The notes below the pieces were generated by a model that ran no database searches, had not been told where the DNA came from, and saw only the letters and a list, made by a program, of their open reading frames with translations. The position numbers were made by a program, and so were the translations under genes. From Dimargaris cristalligena (taxonomy: Eukaryota), in the NCBI GenBank assembly GCA_003614675.1, contig ML002238.1, positions 1-62,266 of the forward strand: DNA of 62,266 nucleotides. The letters are read 5' to 3'. Below, piece by piece: positions 26,311 through 38,830 of the stretch. Position 1 is the stretch's first letter, and each line of letters starts with the position of its first letter.

Positions 26311-28442
26311 ATATTCCATGCCCAGGAGGGCTTCAGTCCGCATACTGATCAATGTGGAGCACGAGAATGGTCCTCAACTGACAGCGTAGCAAAGACTCCC
26401 CTCGCCATTATTCCATTGGCTCAGCTGGTATAAACAAGTTAAATAACCTGTCCATAAACCCCATCCATCTCCACCCGATTAATTTCTTCATTATTTGCTG
26501 TGATGGCTCATGTGCGTTTAAAATGATCACCATCTAACACCAGCCAAATGTGGGGGACGACCATCCCCATTCACATCTGTATACAGCCTTAAACCAGGGG
26601 CCCTAGGCAGATGATGATCTCGTCCTCCTCGATGTCGGCAGGTCACTAACTGCACCTCACCCCTGGTGGGGGTTGTTTAGGTGCTCTAACCTGCCTACGG
26701 TTCCAACCAGCATGGATGGATATCCCACCGCCCACAAAGAGCAGTGCGGTTTGTTATAGACCCCTCAAGAGCGGTGCCGTGGTCATGCAATAACATAAAC
26801 ATTCCTAAGATCCAATGGCCCCCCCTCGGTGCGGGTAGTATATGAGGTTGCGGACCATTAGATACACTATCTCTTAGCTCTGTCCGAAGGGCGGTTTTCT
26901 ACCTGTGCATAGTATACTGCTAAACCCCAACCTGACTGACGGATGTGAACGGAAGATGAAGAGCCACGCGCTATTAGAAATGGCAATATATAGAAATACA
27001 TGCGAAGGGGGAGTAAGAGCTCTGGGGGTCCTCCACACCCCAACTACTTTTGTTCGACCTTCGGTTTCAACTCATCCAACTCACCTTGGGTCAAATTCGA
27101 TAGATCTAAAAATAGAAATATTCCACTCTCTTACACCTGGGTGGATCATCGACTCATTGCGGCCTGAGCGCCTCTCCATCTAGTAAGGGGTGCCGAAATT
27201 CACTGGTCCGTCGATTCCTAGTCGAATAAAAATGCCAAACTTGGCAGCCGCAAACTCTAGAGCTTTACTAAACAAAAAAACCCCCGGCGATACGGTGTCG
27301 ATTTTTAGGAAGTAAGGGAGCCAAAGCAGAAATGGGAGCGACCCTTTTTTACAGTTGTTTTTATATATCTTGTGCTCCACTGGACTGAACCCCGATCGGC
27401 AGCAACGGAGAGGACCCTCACTTACACTTACACTTACACGTAAACACCTCCATATAGGCAGGTGGTAGTCTCGCTCATCTTACCTCATTATCACCATATT
27501 GGGATCCCTGACGATTAATTTAAGCGAATCCAGTCACAATTTCTTTAGCCAAATAGTCACACTTGTATATTTAGGAGGACCCTTGGCAATGAATACGATG
27601 CAGTAGTATACGCACAAATTAAGTGCTGCCAAATATGGCGGGAGAGAGAGAGAGCCCCTCCCCTGTTGAATACCAGGCAATTTAACCCTGTTTAATCCCG
27701 CCGTTACCATCGCCAACTCTTTCCTATCTTACTCAGGATCCCATTTAGTAGGTCTCACCTACGAGACGATCCTCCTCTTCCATTTATATTTAGTAATTGC
27801 CCACAGGAATGTAATACCATTATCCTCACATGCCTGGTTTACAAGGGCAGTTGATGCGTCTCTCATTCTTGCTCCAAATATGTACTCTTTCTTACTGAAC
27901 CCAGAGAGGTGCTTAAGATGGTGCCTTTATAGGATCTTCGTGTCAGACTCACGCTACCTACTCCTACGGGTCCTTACTTATTGACAACGAAATGAACACC
28001 ACTCCAACTATCCCTTGAGAGGATTTCCCGAGTTTTAGTTCCAATAAAAGCCGCAAAGTACCAACGTCATAAAATACACATCATAGAACTGTCTATTTAA
28101 TAGGTCGTTTACACTACAATTGGGTGGATTGGAGGTAAAAATAAGTCACCAAAGCCATGGTATAAAGATGAAACACAGCATAACTCAATGCGATAATACA
28201 CAGGATAGCCTTCCGAATCTAATAATAAAAACGGGTAAAGGTGGGTTAACCTGAAAAACCCTGAAAAAAAAATGACCAAAGGCCTCGTCGTGTAAATAAA
28301 TGGGCATAAATCAATGTACAATAATAGTGACAATAGGTATTTAAAATTATGGCATATGTATATAAGCAGTAAACCAAGTGCACAGGAGGCCCCGGGCAAA
28401 CTAGTCGATCGCCCACTGAGAAACTGATTGAGCAGCCAGTAG

Positions 28443-29957
28443 CTACTGTTTATCGTGGACATGTACCGAGATCGGCATCGATATTGGGGAAGGGGTACGC
28501 GAACCGAGTGTTGGCTTAGCTGGAGTATCCGGGGTGGCCAAAATCACGGGTTCTTCGACAGGTGAGGCCATACATTCCGGACAGGGATCCTGACACGGCG
28601 GCGAGCTTGATACATTCCGATAATTAGGACAGCTGGGGGAGTGACGGTGGAACCGCAGATACCGGAAATGATTGTGTTGATGGCGACTCTCGTCATACGG
28701 GAAAGGCTGGAACCGGGGCCGGGTGGGGAAGTATTTGAAATAGGAGTTGGAAATGGCAAACAGACTGTACACGATCAGCCCCAGGCCCAGCAACCACAGG
28801 CAGAATTTACCCGCGCTGGTGGTGGCCAGTTGGTTGATGGAAGCACCGACGGTGAAATGGTCTTGATCCACATCGTCGCTGATGGACCGAATGACCAGGA
28901 CTGCTACACACAGGAATACCCCCGCGCGCGCCAGAAACCCAATGTGGCCGGCCGTGCGTACCAGATAGCGAACCCACCGTTTGCAGCGGCTGAGCCGGAG
29001 TTCATGCCTGAAGGCCCCCGTGAGCGCCGGTATGAGTTGGGTCAGGGTGGCAATTAGGAAGGCTACCCCAATAAACCCGAGGCCGATGCGGCCGATGGTC
29101 GATGTGTTCCAGCAGGAGGGAAAGCACCCGCTGCTGGGATCGGAATCCTTGTCCTCGGCCCTGTTTTTGATGGCCACGAAAATGATGTAGAATAGATACG
29201 CGGTGTAGACACACCCCGATACAAAGGGACTGAGCCGGTATTTGAAGAAATTCTTGGGCGACGAGAAGGTGGCGTCCGCTCCTTGGCCTGTAATGGCCTC
29301 CCAGAACCGCCAGATGATGTAAAACAAGAGACCGACGGCCATGACGATTAACAGGGGTATACCCACTGCGTCGGCACTTCCAATGAGAATGAAGGCGCCC
29401 TGCGGGGAAGCGTTATTCTCGGTACCGGCGGGACTGGGGGCGTGGGTGGCCGTCGCAATTGTAAGCCCGCCAATGATACCGTAAACTACACCCTTGGCGA
29501 CAAACCCCACCTGGCCGAAAAACCGTACGTGACGTTGGTGTTCCTTGGTGATTCCGTCGGGGGCATTGAAGTCGTCCAGCCATCGCTGAATCGAAAACAG
29601 ACACCGATCCCAGGCCCGGGGAATGCGAGCCCAGCCCTGGGCCGGGATTTGCCCTTCCTTCTCGGTAGCTTCCAAATCCCGTCGCGCTCGCCGGAGACGG
29701 CGACGTCGCTCGGCTGGCGATTCTTCATGGTCATGGTCATGGTCTTGGCCTTGGTGGTGGTGGTCGGCCGTATTAGTGGCTAGACAAGTGCAGGGGACTT
29801 CGCCGACCTGGTCTTGGCTGGGAATGACGGTAATGGGGATATCGGACTCGGAATGCCGCCCGTCATTAGTAACCGCCGTGGCTAGTTTTCGTTCACGCAT
29901 TTCGGCTTCCAGGACCTGGGGGTCCAAGACCAGCCGGTGGAACCAATCAAATATCAT
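28443..29957 (-). CDS. DUF1206-like polytopic membrane protein, 504 aa, intronless
   Basis: About six hydrophobic segments. Repeated motif GQVGFVAKGVVYGIIG / GHIGFLARAGVFLCVA, plus G..LL.VMAVGLLFYIIWRFWEA and GKFCLWLLGLGLIVYSLF, matching my recollection of the DUF1206 repeat consensus. Confidence 0.7.
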   Translation of the reverse strand: MIFDWFHRLVLDPQVLEAEMRERKLATAVTNDGRHSESDIPITVIPSQDQVGEVPCTCLATNTADHHHQGQDHDHDHEESPAERRRRLRRARRDLEATEKEGQIPAQGWARIPRAWDRCLFSIQRWLDDFNAPDGITKEHQRHVRFFGQVGFVAKGVVYGIIGGLTIATATHAPSPAGTENNASPQGAFILIGSADAVGIPLLIVMAVGLLFYIIWRFWEAITGQGADATFSSPKNFFKYRLSPFVSGCVYTAYLFYIIFVAIKNRAEDKDSDPSSGCFPSCWNTSTIGRIGLGFIGVAFLIATLTQLIPALTGAFRHELRLSRCKRWVRYLVRTAGHIGFLARAGVFLCVAVLVIRSISDDVDQDHFTVGASINQLATTSAGKFCLWLLGLGLIVYSLFAISNSYFKYFPTRPRFQPFPYDESRHQHNHFRYLRFHRHSPSCPNYRNVSSSPPCQDPCPECMASPVEEPVILATPDTPAKPTLGSRTPSPISMPISVHVHDKQ

Positions 29958-32696
29958 ATTTTAGGTGTCGCTGGAGTATAACGCTGGAGGGGGAGAGTGA
30001 ACGAATGGGAATGAGAACGGGTGAGAGAAAGAGTGAGTTAGAGAGAAGGTGCGAATTCGACTGCTTAAGTAAAAAAAAAACACCCTTTAACGCAGCGGTC
30101 CAAATGAATTGGGGAAGGCCTGGATAAATGGAAGGGTAGTACGTGGACGCAAAACGAGGACAAGCGGTGTTAAGGTACTACGTCGCGTTGTTCAAGGCCA
30201 ATTAGGCCGTTGCGAGGGAGGGCTCGAGGCTAATGGGCAGCGTGGGTCACAAATAATACGGAGAAAGGAGGCGAGGTACCACTCTGTAAGTCGAATAAAC
30301 GTATTCAGCCGAGGTTACTTGGGCAGAACCGAAGTGTGCGTAGGTATATATATTGACCCTTGATGGCTGACACAATGTTTAGATTCGGCCAAATGACACT
30401 GTGGGAGTGCGCGTAATTATGCCCAGACTATAACAATGGTCCAACACTAATGCCTTATTATTTTCAACAGGGGATAATAATAAAAAATGGATTTTGTAAA
30501 ATTATATACCCTAAAGCAAAAAACAGAAATTAAATAGCGTACATACAAAAGGAGCAGTTTTTAAGCAGAAGGTGGAGGAGATGCACTGCATGGATACGCA
30601 GGCGGTTACGTAACTATGTGTGACAACAGCGAGGAGTGAAGAGCACCGAAACTATATATATTAATGGTATTAGAGATTGCGAGGCCTATGCTGGTGATGA
30701 CGCTGAAGGGGGCTTTTTTGTTAATGGCGTGAAGATGAAAATATTAGAGTAACGCGGGCCGCCTCGCCAACACCTAGTATTTATATACATAATGGCAAAA
30801 TAAAAGGGTTGTGAGGGCTGATTTGGATTTCTAGGCGGAATATGGGACCAATGGAAAACGCCCAGGGCTTGTATTGTTAGTTCCGGGTTTTTTTCACACT
30901 CTAATCACAAATTCTTTATGGTTAACCAGGAGGGACAAGGAAAGTGGGCAGCCATATAATATCAACAATCATACTGGCTAGACACTGATTGTAACCAACG
31001 CATTGTATTTGTCAGACGTCCCCTTGGCTGGGGAAGTCCTGTTCCTTGCTGGTGGCGTAGTCATCGGGTTTGTGCACCAGTCAAGGGATACGGTATTTTG
31101 CCGACGGGGCTGAATGCCGCCGAGGCTTTTCTTCAGAAAAAGCGCCAGCTCTCTCAATTTCGTTCTATTCAATCGACTTACGTGTGGGGAGGAGGGATAA
31201 TCAGTTCACAAACTCGGGGGGTTTTTTTGCCATTGAAATTTTCATTTAACCCCTTTCCCGACCCTAATAACGAGGCAGGTTGAACGAAACGCGATCTACT
31301 CCCCAAATTATTGAATAGATAGTATAATTAACGTCGCTGAACTATAGTGAGTGATACTAGGTCCGAGAATATCGTCATACATAATTTACGGATAATTGGT
31401 TGTTTCTCAATGGAATATTACTTCGGTATACTAACCATGTAGGTACTGCCTAATCACCGAGTTTCATGAATTCTCAGTTATTTAAAACCGTGAATATAAG
31501 GAGGTACCGCCGGGTCAGGCGTGTCTAGAGTATCCAGAAAGTGAATAATAACCATCTTACCTTTACCTGTTGAATATTACAAGACTTCTGACTTACGATG
31601 TGATGCATATTATATTACAATGTAAATAGCAAAAAATAAATTAATCAACTCTTTTAGTCGTGCTGTAATCTATGATGAAATATGTATTTTATATGGTAGG
31701 TCATGTTTCTCCATATCACTACTGAATGTAGTCGTTTTGCTATATTGTTTCCTATTCTCCGAAATAAACTACTACTTGCAGCCACCAAATTCGTGAGGGA
31801 AGCCCACTAATTCTTTGTGTCCAACTCCCCTCATCTCTGGATCTTTATCGGCATATCTTATTAGATACGTTATCTACCAGCCATGGAAGGCTCATGTCGC
31901 TATTTTTGAAGATAGTCTAAGTCGATAATGCCACTTCGTTTGCGCCGGCAGCCATCTCAAGCTAAGGTGATATATATGTCCTTACGGTTTGCGCCTGCAT
32001 CAGCCACAGTCCTATAAGCCTGAGCTGGTTTATCAGGCAATAACCACATGCCTCCTCGGAAAAGTACTCAGGCAAGCGCGTGCGGGGGTTATTCCATACC
32101 CAAAAACCCACAATATTTGCCCATCATTGCTTACCCAGTGTCACAAACAAGGGTTCAATCCGATTAACAAGGCCGACTGTTGGACTTGATTGTACAGTTA
32201 TTGCAGGAATGAGGAATAACTCTGCTATGCCTGCTTATAGTCAAGAACCTGGGTTTGCTAATGAGATGTATCGGCGATTACCAGGGTCTCAACAAAATGT
32301 CACTAAGAGGTTTGCAATGTGGCAACATAGATAGACTACCACCCGTTGGTGGCATGGGCAGTAGCGTAAGTTTGGTTTTAATAGCGACTCATCGTACCTT
32401 ATGCGGACTATTACAACCCCCCACCCCTCCCCGCGAGCGCGCTTATCTTTGGTCCAGTCGCCTGAGATTTTTAGTGACGCGATGGATTATTGGCCTTTTG
32501 CAACGGCGGATTTGGCCCGCAAATGGTTAGATTTGAGTCATTTACCCCCTATTATTATATACCACTCCTCCGTTGAATGGTGTGGTTTCTGTAAAGATGG
32601 TTCCATGCAACCGTATAGGACTAACACTCTTTGGTCCGGACATCGGCTTGGCAAAGGGAAATCCCAGCGGTTTGGTGGTGATGAAAAGTGCGCGCT

Positions 32697-32698
<2 letters not shown>

Positions 32699-32741
<43 letters not shown>

Positions 32742-32742
32742 A
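32699..32742. repeat. (TA)n(TG)n microsatellite
   Basis: Directly visible dinucleotide run. Confidence 0.9.
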
Positions 32743-35010
32743 TGGGAGAGGATCAGACGAGCAATAATAACAATGGGGCGGCGAAGGCCAAGAGAGTGGG
32801 GGAATTATTCATTTTTTATTATCGATACCCAGAGGATTTCCCCCCACCCATTCCTCCTATAACCAGTTTGATTTCCGATGACTTCAATGTGGCGGTCATT
32901 ATACCCAACCTCCCTCTCTACAAGCCGTTAACCCAGACTTCCAACCAGAATTCCAGGACTGGCGAGCCTATCCCCTTTTCCTCACCACCCTTTTGTCACT
33001 AATCTTCTTGGTGGGGGGGGGGGCAATGGGTACAATCGAAAGGCAACTCCCCCTTCCGCCTTGTCCACCACCACCCCTCATCCCCCATCGTGATTGGATC
33101 ATGCCCCATTTATGGGGGTTTCCTGAGTGGGGCAAATCGAGGGGGAGGGGGAGTAGCTCGATAATCGCCGGCTATACGCTCTTCCGGTGCGCCACGGGTG
33201 TATACAGTTGGGAGAAAGGGCGGCGACCGGTGGCATGCCTACTGGCAATTGGTATTATTAGCCCAAGGAAATGTATGCTGGTAAATGCGGATTATCTGGG
33301 ATAGGAGGGGTTTGTTCGTCACCATTGACTCACCTGCATTCAACGAGTGTTGCTAAGGACGGCATACTCCAGTGCATTGCACCTGTTGGTCATTAAACCT
33401 GGACCAATTTCATTGTCGAGCATCCTTCGATTTTCGACTGGTCACCAGCTCCTCCCAATCCCGGTAAAAAAGCAAGGCGGGGGAAGTAAAAAGTGCGAAA
33501 TGGGATGTTTGTCCAGCACCTCTAAGACGGGCTGTGTGGATACGTGTAGAGGGGAGAGAGGGATGGTGATATGCCTTGCGCTTGGTCTTGGGCAATCGGG
33601 GCCCCTTCTAGATGGGTTCCACAACACACAACGGTTCCTTAAACGGACGTGGTCGCTACGAAAAATCACATACGGAGTCCAGCTGTCGAAGCGATTGGAT
33701 GGCATTGACGCCTGTGAAAAGCAGTGCATACAACTCGGCTCTCGTTAATGTACAATAAATGGGAAGAAGACGAGTGAGAGGTGAGCGTATCGAGAAGGGA
33801 AGAGCAGCTTATCCCCCCCCCCTCCCAAATTGCGGGATGGTGTGGTGATGATATGCTCATGCATACAATAATATATGCGTCAATGTGCTGGTCCTTTCCA
33901 TGTCGCCTTAGTTGGCTGGGTGTCATCTTCCGTATTTAAAGGCGGGGTCTGCCTCCCTTAGCTGGTTCTTTTCTGCTTGCTCCTGTTGTGTATCCAAACC
34001 ATTCAATTCCCTTTCTATACCACCACCTTCCTCCCTTATTTGATCACCGCTCCTAATCATCGATTCGAATAGGCGCGTTTACTAGCATATTGTAAGTATT
34101 CGGCCGACCGCTATACCATTGGGTTTATCACTGTGGAGTGCCATTGTCCTCCCATTTTAGCTTCCTTTGACTTGTGCTGGTTACACGACCGCCTTGGACT
34201 GCAGTACTTTGGAAGTGCTCCCGCCCCCGGCTACCATCAGCAAGTCGCCACCCTGGTGCAACTTAGCGCATTTATTCCCCCTTCCGCCACATTTGCCCAC
34301 TCGACAGGAGTCAAATTTCGGAGTGACTGCCCTCCTTACTCTTCTATTGCTTTATACTGACTAACCACTGTTACCTTATGGTCGGTGTTATATTCCTCTA
34401 GTCTGTCCTACTCTTCCTGGTTGTAGGTGACACTCGCTAGCCAGCGGCGGACCAGCCAAGCTCGGGGTCTCCACACCGCTTACTCGCCCAACTGCTATTA
34501 CCCCTCTCTTGTGCTCCTCCTTTTCACCTCCTGAGCCTTTACTGCTGTACTTGGAACTATACTTTAGGTTTCTCCTGCTTCGCTCTATTATCGCCACCTG
34601 AATTTTCTTATCACTAAGTTTCCTCCTACCTTCTGTGGTGTCTCACATCCCTTTCCCTTGACTTCCCATTCCCACTCGCCTTTTGGTCTAGTCGCTTAAC
34701 CCCTTCCGCCACCGCCTTCCCCCTCTTTTATTTATTTAGCGTGACTACACCCTCCCCGCATTTGTACCCTCTTCCATTTCAGTACCATTTCCTACACACC
34801 TGCCAATTGCTTCGTTTCAGTGGGGTGCTATACCCAAACCTCCCTCCGTTCCCCTGGCTTCCCCACCCCGTTATGCCCCTTTAGTTATTGTCAATCCGAC
34901 TACATAACCTCCCCCTTCCCTCTTCTTCACTGCTGTTGTTTGCCCTTCCTTAGGTCATTCTCATTTCTTTCTCTTACTTCCATTTTTCTTTTTAGCAAGG
35001 CCTATTCACC

Positions 35011-37515
35011 ATGAACGGCAGTAATCCACAGCCCCCGCCAGGCGGACCTCGCCGCAGTTCGCGTTCTGGCCGCTTACTGGACATAACTCCCATTCCAACC
35101 AACCAAACGACCAGTAGTACGGCTTCTAACCTCCAGGCTACCTCACCGCGCTCCTCAGTCGGAACCGACCGGTCCCTATCCACCCGCTCCTCCGCCTCCT
35201 CCTTACATTCGGAAGGTTCGAGTCCTGATCGAACCGCCGATGGGTCTCGCCGGCGTTTCGGGTTCAAATTGCCCTTCTTCAGCCGTAAGCTGAATTTCTC
35301 CCTCGACCTCAAGAAGAGCAATGCCGACTCAACCGACAGTGCCCGCAGTGGTCGCTCGGTTAATCGTAGTCAGAGCCACCAGCCGCAATCGTCGACCCAC
35401 AAGCAATACTACCCGTCAAGTACGACCCGCTTCCCAAATGGGACCCACAAATCCTCGAAACATCGCAATCGTAGCAAATCCCGTCAGCGCACTCGAGCCG
35501 CCTCCGTGACTTACCTGGACTGCGCCGACCTGGATGCCATTGACCCTCTGACCCCCCATGAGCTTCGTGCCATGTTAACCCAGAATGCCGCTGCGTGGAC
35601 GGGTTCGGAGTTGCGCGACCCCGTGTTGGCCAACACGACTTTTAATTCCCCCACTAACATCGTTCTCTCTAGTGTTCCGGCTATTCGAATCTCGTCTGTC
35701 CATAGTGCCTCACCGCCCCTTACGGACCCCTCCACGGGTTCCTCCCCTTCAGTTGAGGGCATTGCCTTCAAATCCGGTCTTACTCCCGGTTTCGCCCATC
35801 CTTCTAGCCATACACACCCCAGCGTGATTCGACGACTGGACTTTAACCAGGTTCCGAGCGCCAACCCCGTGGAAGACCGCTACAGCCGGACGCACGTCAC
35901 GGACGATAAGGGTCAGATCAGATGGCACATCATCGGTATCTACGATGGCCACAGTGGCCACCAGACTGCCGAATACATTGCCCGCTGGTTGCCCGAGCGG
36001 ATTGCTACTGCCCTACGTACGGCATTTTACCCTCAGTCCAAGAAGCAGTCCGATGGACCCACTCCGTTGAATTCCAGCCTTAGCCACTGTTCCAACCCGC
36101 AGTCCACATCGGGGAAGGGGCCTGCCCCCGCCCCATCTTTGGGTTCAATTAATTCTGACCCAACCCAACCGGATATTATCGAACTGCTAAAGCAGGCGTT
36201 CATTGACATGGACCGCGAAATCGTTCATGATGCTCTCCACTTGTTTGTGGATGAGCCCGAAACGGTGCGCCCCATTCTATTCCCGGCCATCACTGGATCC
36301 TGTGCCGTGGTTGCACTGATTGATGAAACCACTAAGGAGCTCTACGTGGCGCACTGCGGTGATAGTCGAGCTATTCTGGGAGTACAAAAGACCGCCCAAG
36401 TCGTACCGGACGACCCGTCTATTAGCCCCCGTCTAACGACCGGTAGTCCCGCCGCCATTTCCACCCAGATGGCTGCTGTGGTTTTACCTACCAAGCCAAA
36501 GGCCCACGATTCTCCCTGGGCCTGGAAGGGGATACAACTCACCAGTGATCACAACGCGGCGATTGAACTCGAACGGGTCCGCCTGTCCCGGGATCACCAA
36601 GACGGCATGTCCGTGGTGGTGGGTGACCGGGTCTTGGGTCTTCTGGCCGTCACGCGGGCCTTCGGGGATGCTAGCTTTAAATGGCATCGCCACCTGGTTC
36701 AAGCCATCTACCCGGGGCTCTTCCCCGATAAAAAATGTCCCGATCCCATGGCGAGTATCTCCCCGCCTTACATTACGGCTCGTCCCGACGTGATGCGCCT
36801 AAAGTTGCGACCCCAAGACCGGTTCTTAGTGCTGGCCTCGGATGGCCTTTTTGAGGGCTTGTCGAATGAGCTGGTCGCTGAGTTGATGGGCGGCTTTTTT
36901 GAGCAAATTGTGTGCCCCAATCCCAACGAACAGACCATTCCTAACCTGCCAATATTTGGGGCACCGGTAGGCACTACTGGGCTTATATCTGATCCACTGC
37001 AAGACACGGCTAGCAGTTTGGATAAATCTTCTATCACTAGCCCCGACCCTCAATCATCGGAATTCTCAACAATTGCCATCAGTCCCACTATTACCGATTC
37101 TGCTGGTTCGGAGGGACCCACCCACTATAGTCAAGCCAACTCCGCCGGGACCCTCTCGCCTCACATGGTACCTGGTTCCGCTGGGCCACCTGTCCCCGGC
37201 TCCCCGCGGGCCGTCAGTAGTAACGGCGGTGACCCCGACGACAAGTTTAACTTTATCATGGATGATCCTACCTTTACTCCTACCGAAGAACGCCGACTCT
37301 ACTTGGATGCCGGACTCGAACATGGCTTACGCAAAGGTGCCCCAATTTACCAGGAAGGGCAGGAAAATGAGCAACGTATCAATGCCGCCACCCTTCTCAT
37401 CGAAAATACGTTCAATATCATTTCCAAGGGAGCCACCCCTTCCTTGCTGGCCCTTAAGGCACCCGATAGTTCCAATTACCGTGATGATGTCACAGTCGCC
37501 GTTATATTCTTCTAG
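35011..37515 (+). CDS. PP2C/PPM protein phosphatase (Ptc5/pyruvate dehydrogenase phosphatase-like), 834 aa
   Basis: Motifs SANPVEDR, GIYDGHSG, TGSCAVV, AHCGDSRAILG, LTSDHN, RVLGLLAVTRAFGD, PPYITARP, LVLASDGLFE, NAATLLI and YRDDVTV. CACCATG start context. Confidence 0.9.
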   Translation: MNGSNPQPPPGGPRRSSRSGRLLDITPIPTNQTTSSTASNLQATSPRSSVGTDRSLSTRSSASSLHSEGSSPDRTADGSRRRFGFKLPFFSRKLNFSLDLKKSNADSTDSARSGRSVNRSQSHQPQSSTHKQYYPSSTTRFPNGTHKSSKHRNRSKSRQRTRAASVTYLDCADLDAIDPLTPHELRAMLTQNAAAWTGSELRDPVLANTTFNSPTNIVLSSVPAIRISSVHSASPPLTDPSTGSSPSVEGIAFKSGLTPGFAHPSSHTHPSVIRRLDFNQVPSANPVEDRYSRTHVTDDKGQIRWHIIGIYDGHSGHQTAEYIARWLPERIATALRTAFYPQSKKQSDGPTPLNSSLSHCSNPQSTSGKGPAPAPSLGSINSDPTQPDIIELLKQAFIDMDREIVHDALHLFVDEPETVRPILFPAITGSCAVVALIDETTKELYVAHCGDSRAILGVQKTAQVVPDDPSISPRLTTGSPAAISTQMAAVVLPTKPKAHDSPWAWKGIQLTSDHNAAIELERVRLSRDHQDGMSVVVGDRVLGLLAVTRAFGDASFKWHRHLVQAIYPGLFPDKKCPDPMASISPPYITARPDVMRLKLRPQDRFLVLASDGLFEGLSNELVAELMGGFFEQIVCPNPNEQTIPNLPIFGAPVGTTGLISDPLQDTASSLDKSSITSPDPQSSEFSTIAISPTITDSAGSEGPTHYSQANSAGTLSPHMVPGSAGPPVPGSPRAVSSNGGDPDDKFNFIMDDPTFTPTEERRLYLDAGLEHGLRKGAPIYQEGQENEQRINAATLLIENTFNIISKGATPSLLALKAPDSSNYRDDVTVAVIFF

Positions 37516-38830
37516 TAACGACCTTGAAGCGCTGCTTTTAGATGTTTCTTAAGAATATCGTTCGACCAATTGGCTAGCCCTTTGTTGAAACCGGAGTCGA
37601 ATTCCCCCCTTCTCACTAAGTGGACTAGACGACACCCTCCCCCTTCCACCTTGCCTTCGTATAGTCTTGGTGTATTCCATATATATATATATATCAATAC
37701 TCATACATACACATATGCTTATATATGTTGATACATTTCCCCATTTTGACTGCATACGTAAGTTTCTTCACTGATACATGTTTTCAGGCCAAATTGTATT
37801 TACTTATGAATTATCTGTGTATGGATCCGACATTTTTTTAACACCCGTTTTCGCTCGTAGGTTATTTTTATTTTTCAAAACTTTATATTACATTCAGTAT
37901 GGCTCGTTTTAATTGTTGGTATTTCATTTCGATTCTTAATGCTGTAACATTCCAATGAAGGTCTATTTGTGCTTCCCAGTAGCAGCAGTGGCATTTACAG
38001 AAGTATCACTAAGCAACAGTGTTTCCTGTTATTACGTGATCATCGAAGGCTTTGGGGGCAATTCAATCGGAGCCGACCCGAGTAGTGGGCTTTTTGGGTA
38101 TGGGTCCTAAGTTTGACGAGAGCAGGATGTGTAATAATAGCCAAAAATGCCCAATTAACCGCCAGTCGGAAATATTATGGAATAGCTATTGAATTTAAAA
38201 CCATGGGGGTGTAATAAAGTCAAGCGTCCCGTTTTATAATTACAAATAGGCACTGGATCTCAGATAAATATAAACATAGTGTAGGAGGAACAATGAGTAT
38301 GTCTTTATTGGTGTATCTAATAATGTTTCGCTGGAGAATTGGTCTAAGTGATAGTTCGTCGTTACCCTGCCTCTAATAATGGCCACCACTCTACTTTCAA
38401 GGAATACTAGACTTAGTAGATATCTCATATATGGCCAAAAAGAGGAGTGTATACAGTTAGATCTTTAAAGAAACTCCAAAATGAAACGCCATTTAAAAAT
38501 AGAGTAGGAAGAAGGTACGTGTCATATGCGCTATGCGCCCCCCCCCTCCCGGTTTCGGCTCGTCTCTCAAGCCAATAAAAAAATGCGAGTCTTGATCATG
38601 CGAAGAGATTATCCTTAGCTCTTTTATTTCATTCGGCCAACTGCGCCCAACATCGCTCGGAAGAAACTCGCTAAACTAATTTTGCCTAGCCCCCCTCCCA
38701 AAAAAAAAATGCTAGCCGAATATATTATATCTACATATATTAAAATGAGAAGAGAGGATGAGAGAGAGAGAAGGAAGAGGAGTGGCGCAGGAACATTATA
38801 ACCGACGGGGGGGCGAGGGAGAGGCTGGAA

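Noticed and set aside
26590-27000. GC-balanced non-coding stretch with 5S-like GGTTGCGG and box C-like ATGATGA words
   Set aside because: No continuous match to 5S rRNA, snoRNA or RNase P/MRP cores by eye. An Infernal/Rfam scan would settle it.
30100-34000. Numerous 60-150 aa ORFs in the long intergenic region
   Set aside because: No domains, codon bias or consistent splice structure; several are microsatellite translations.
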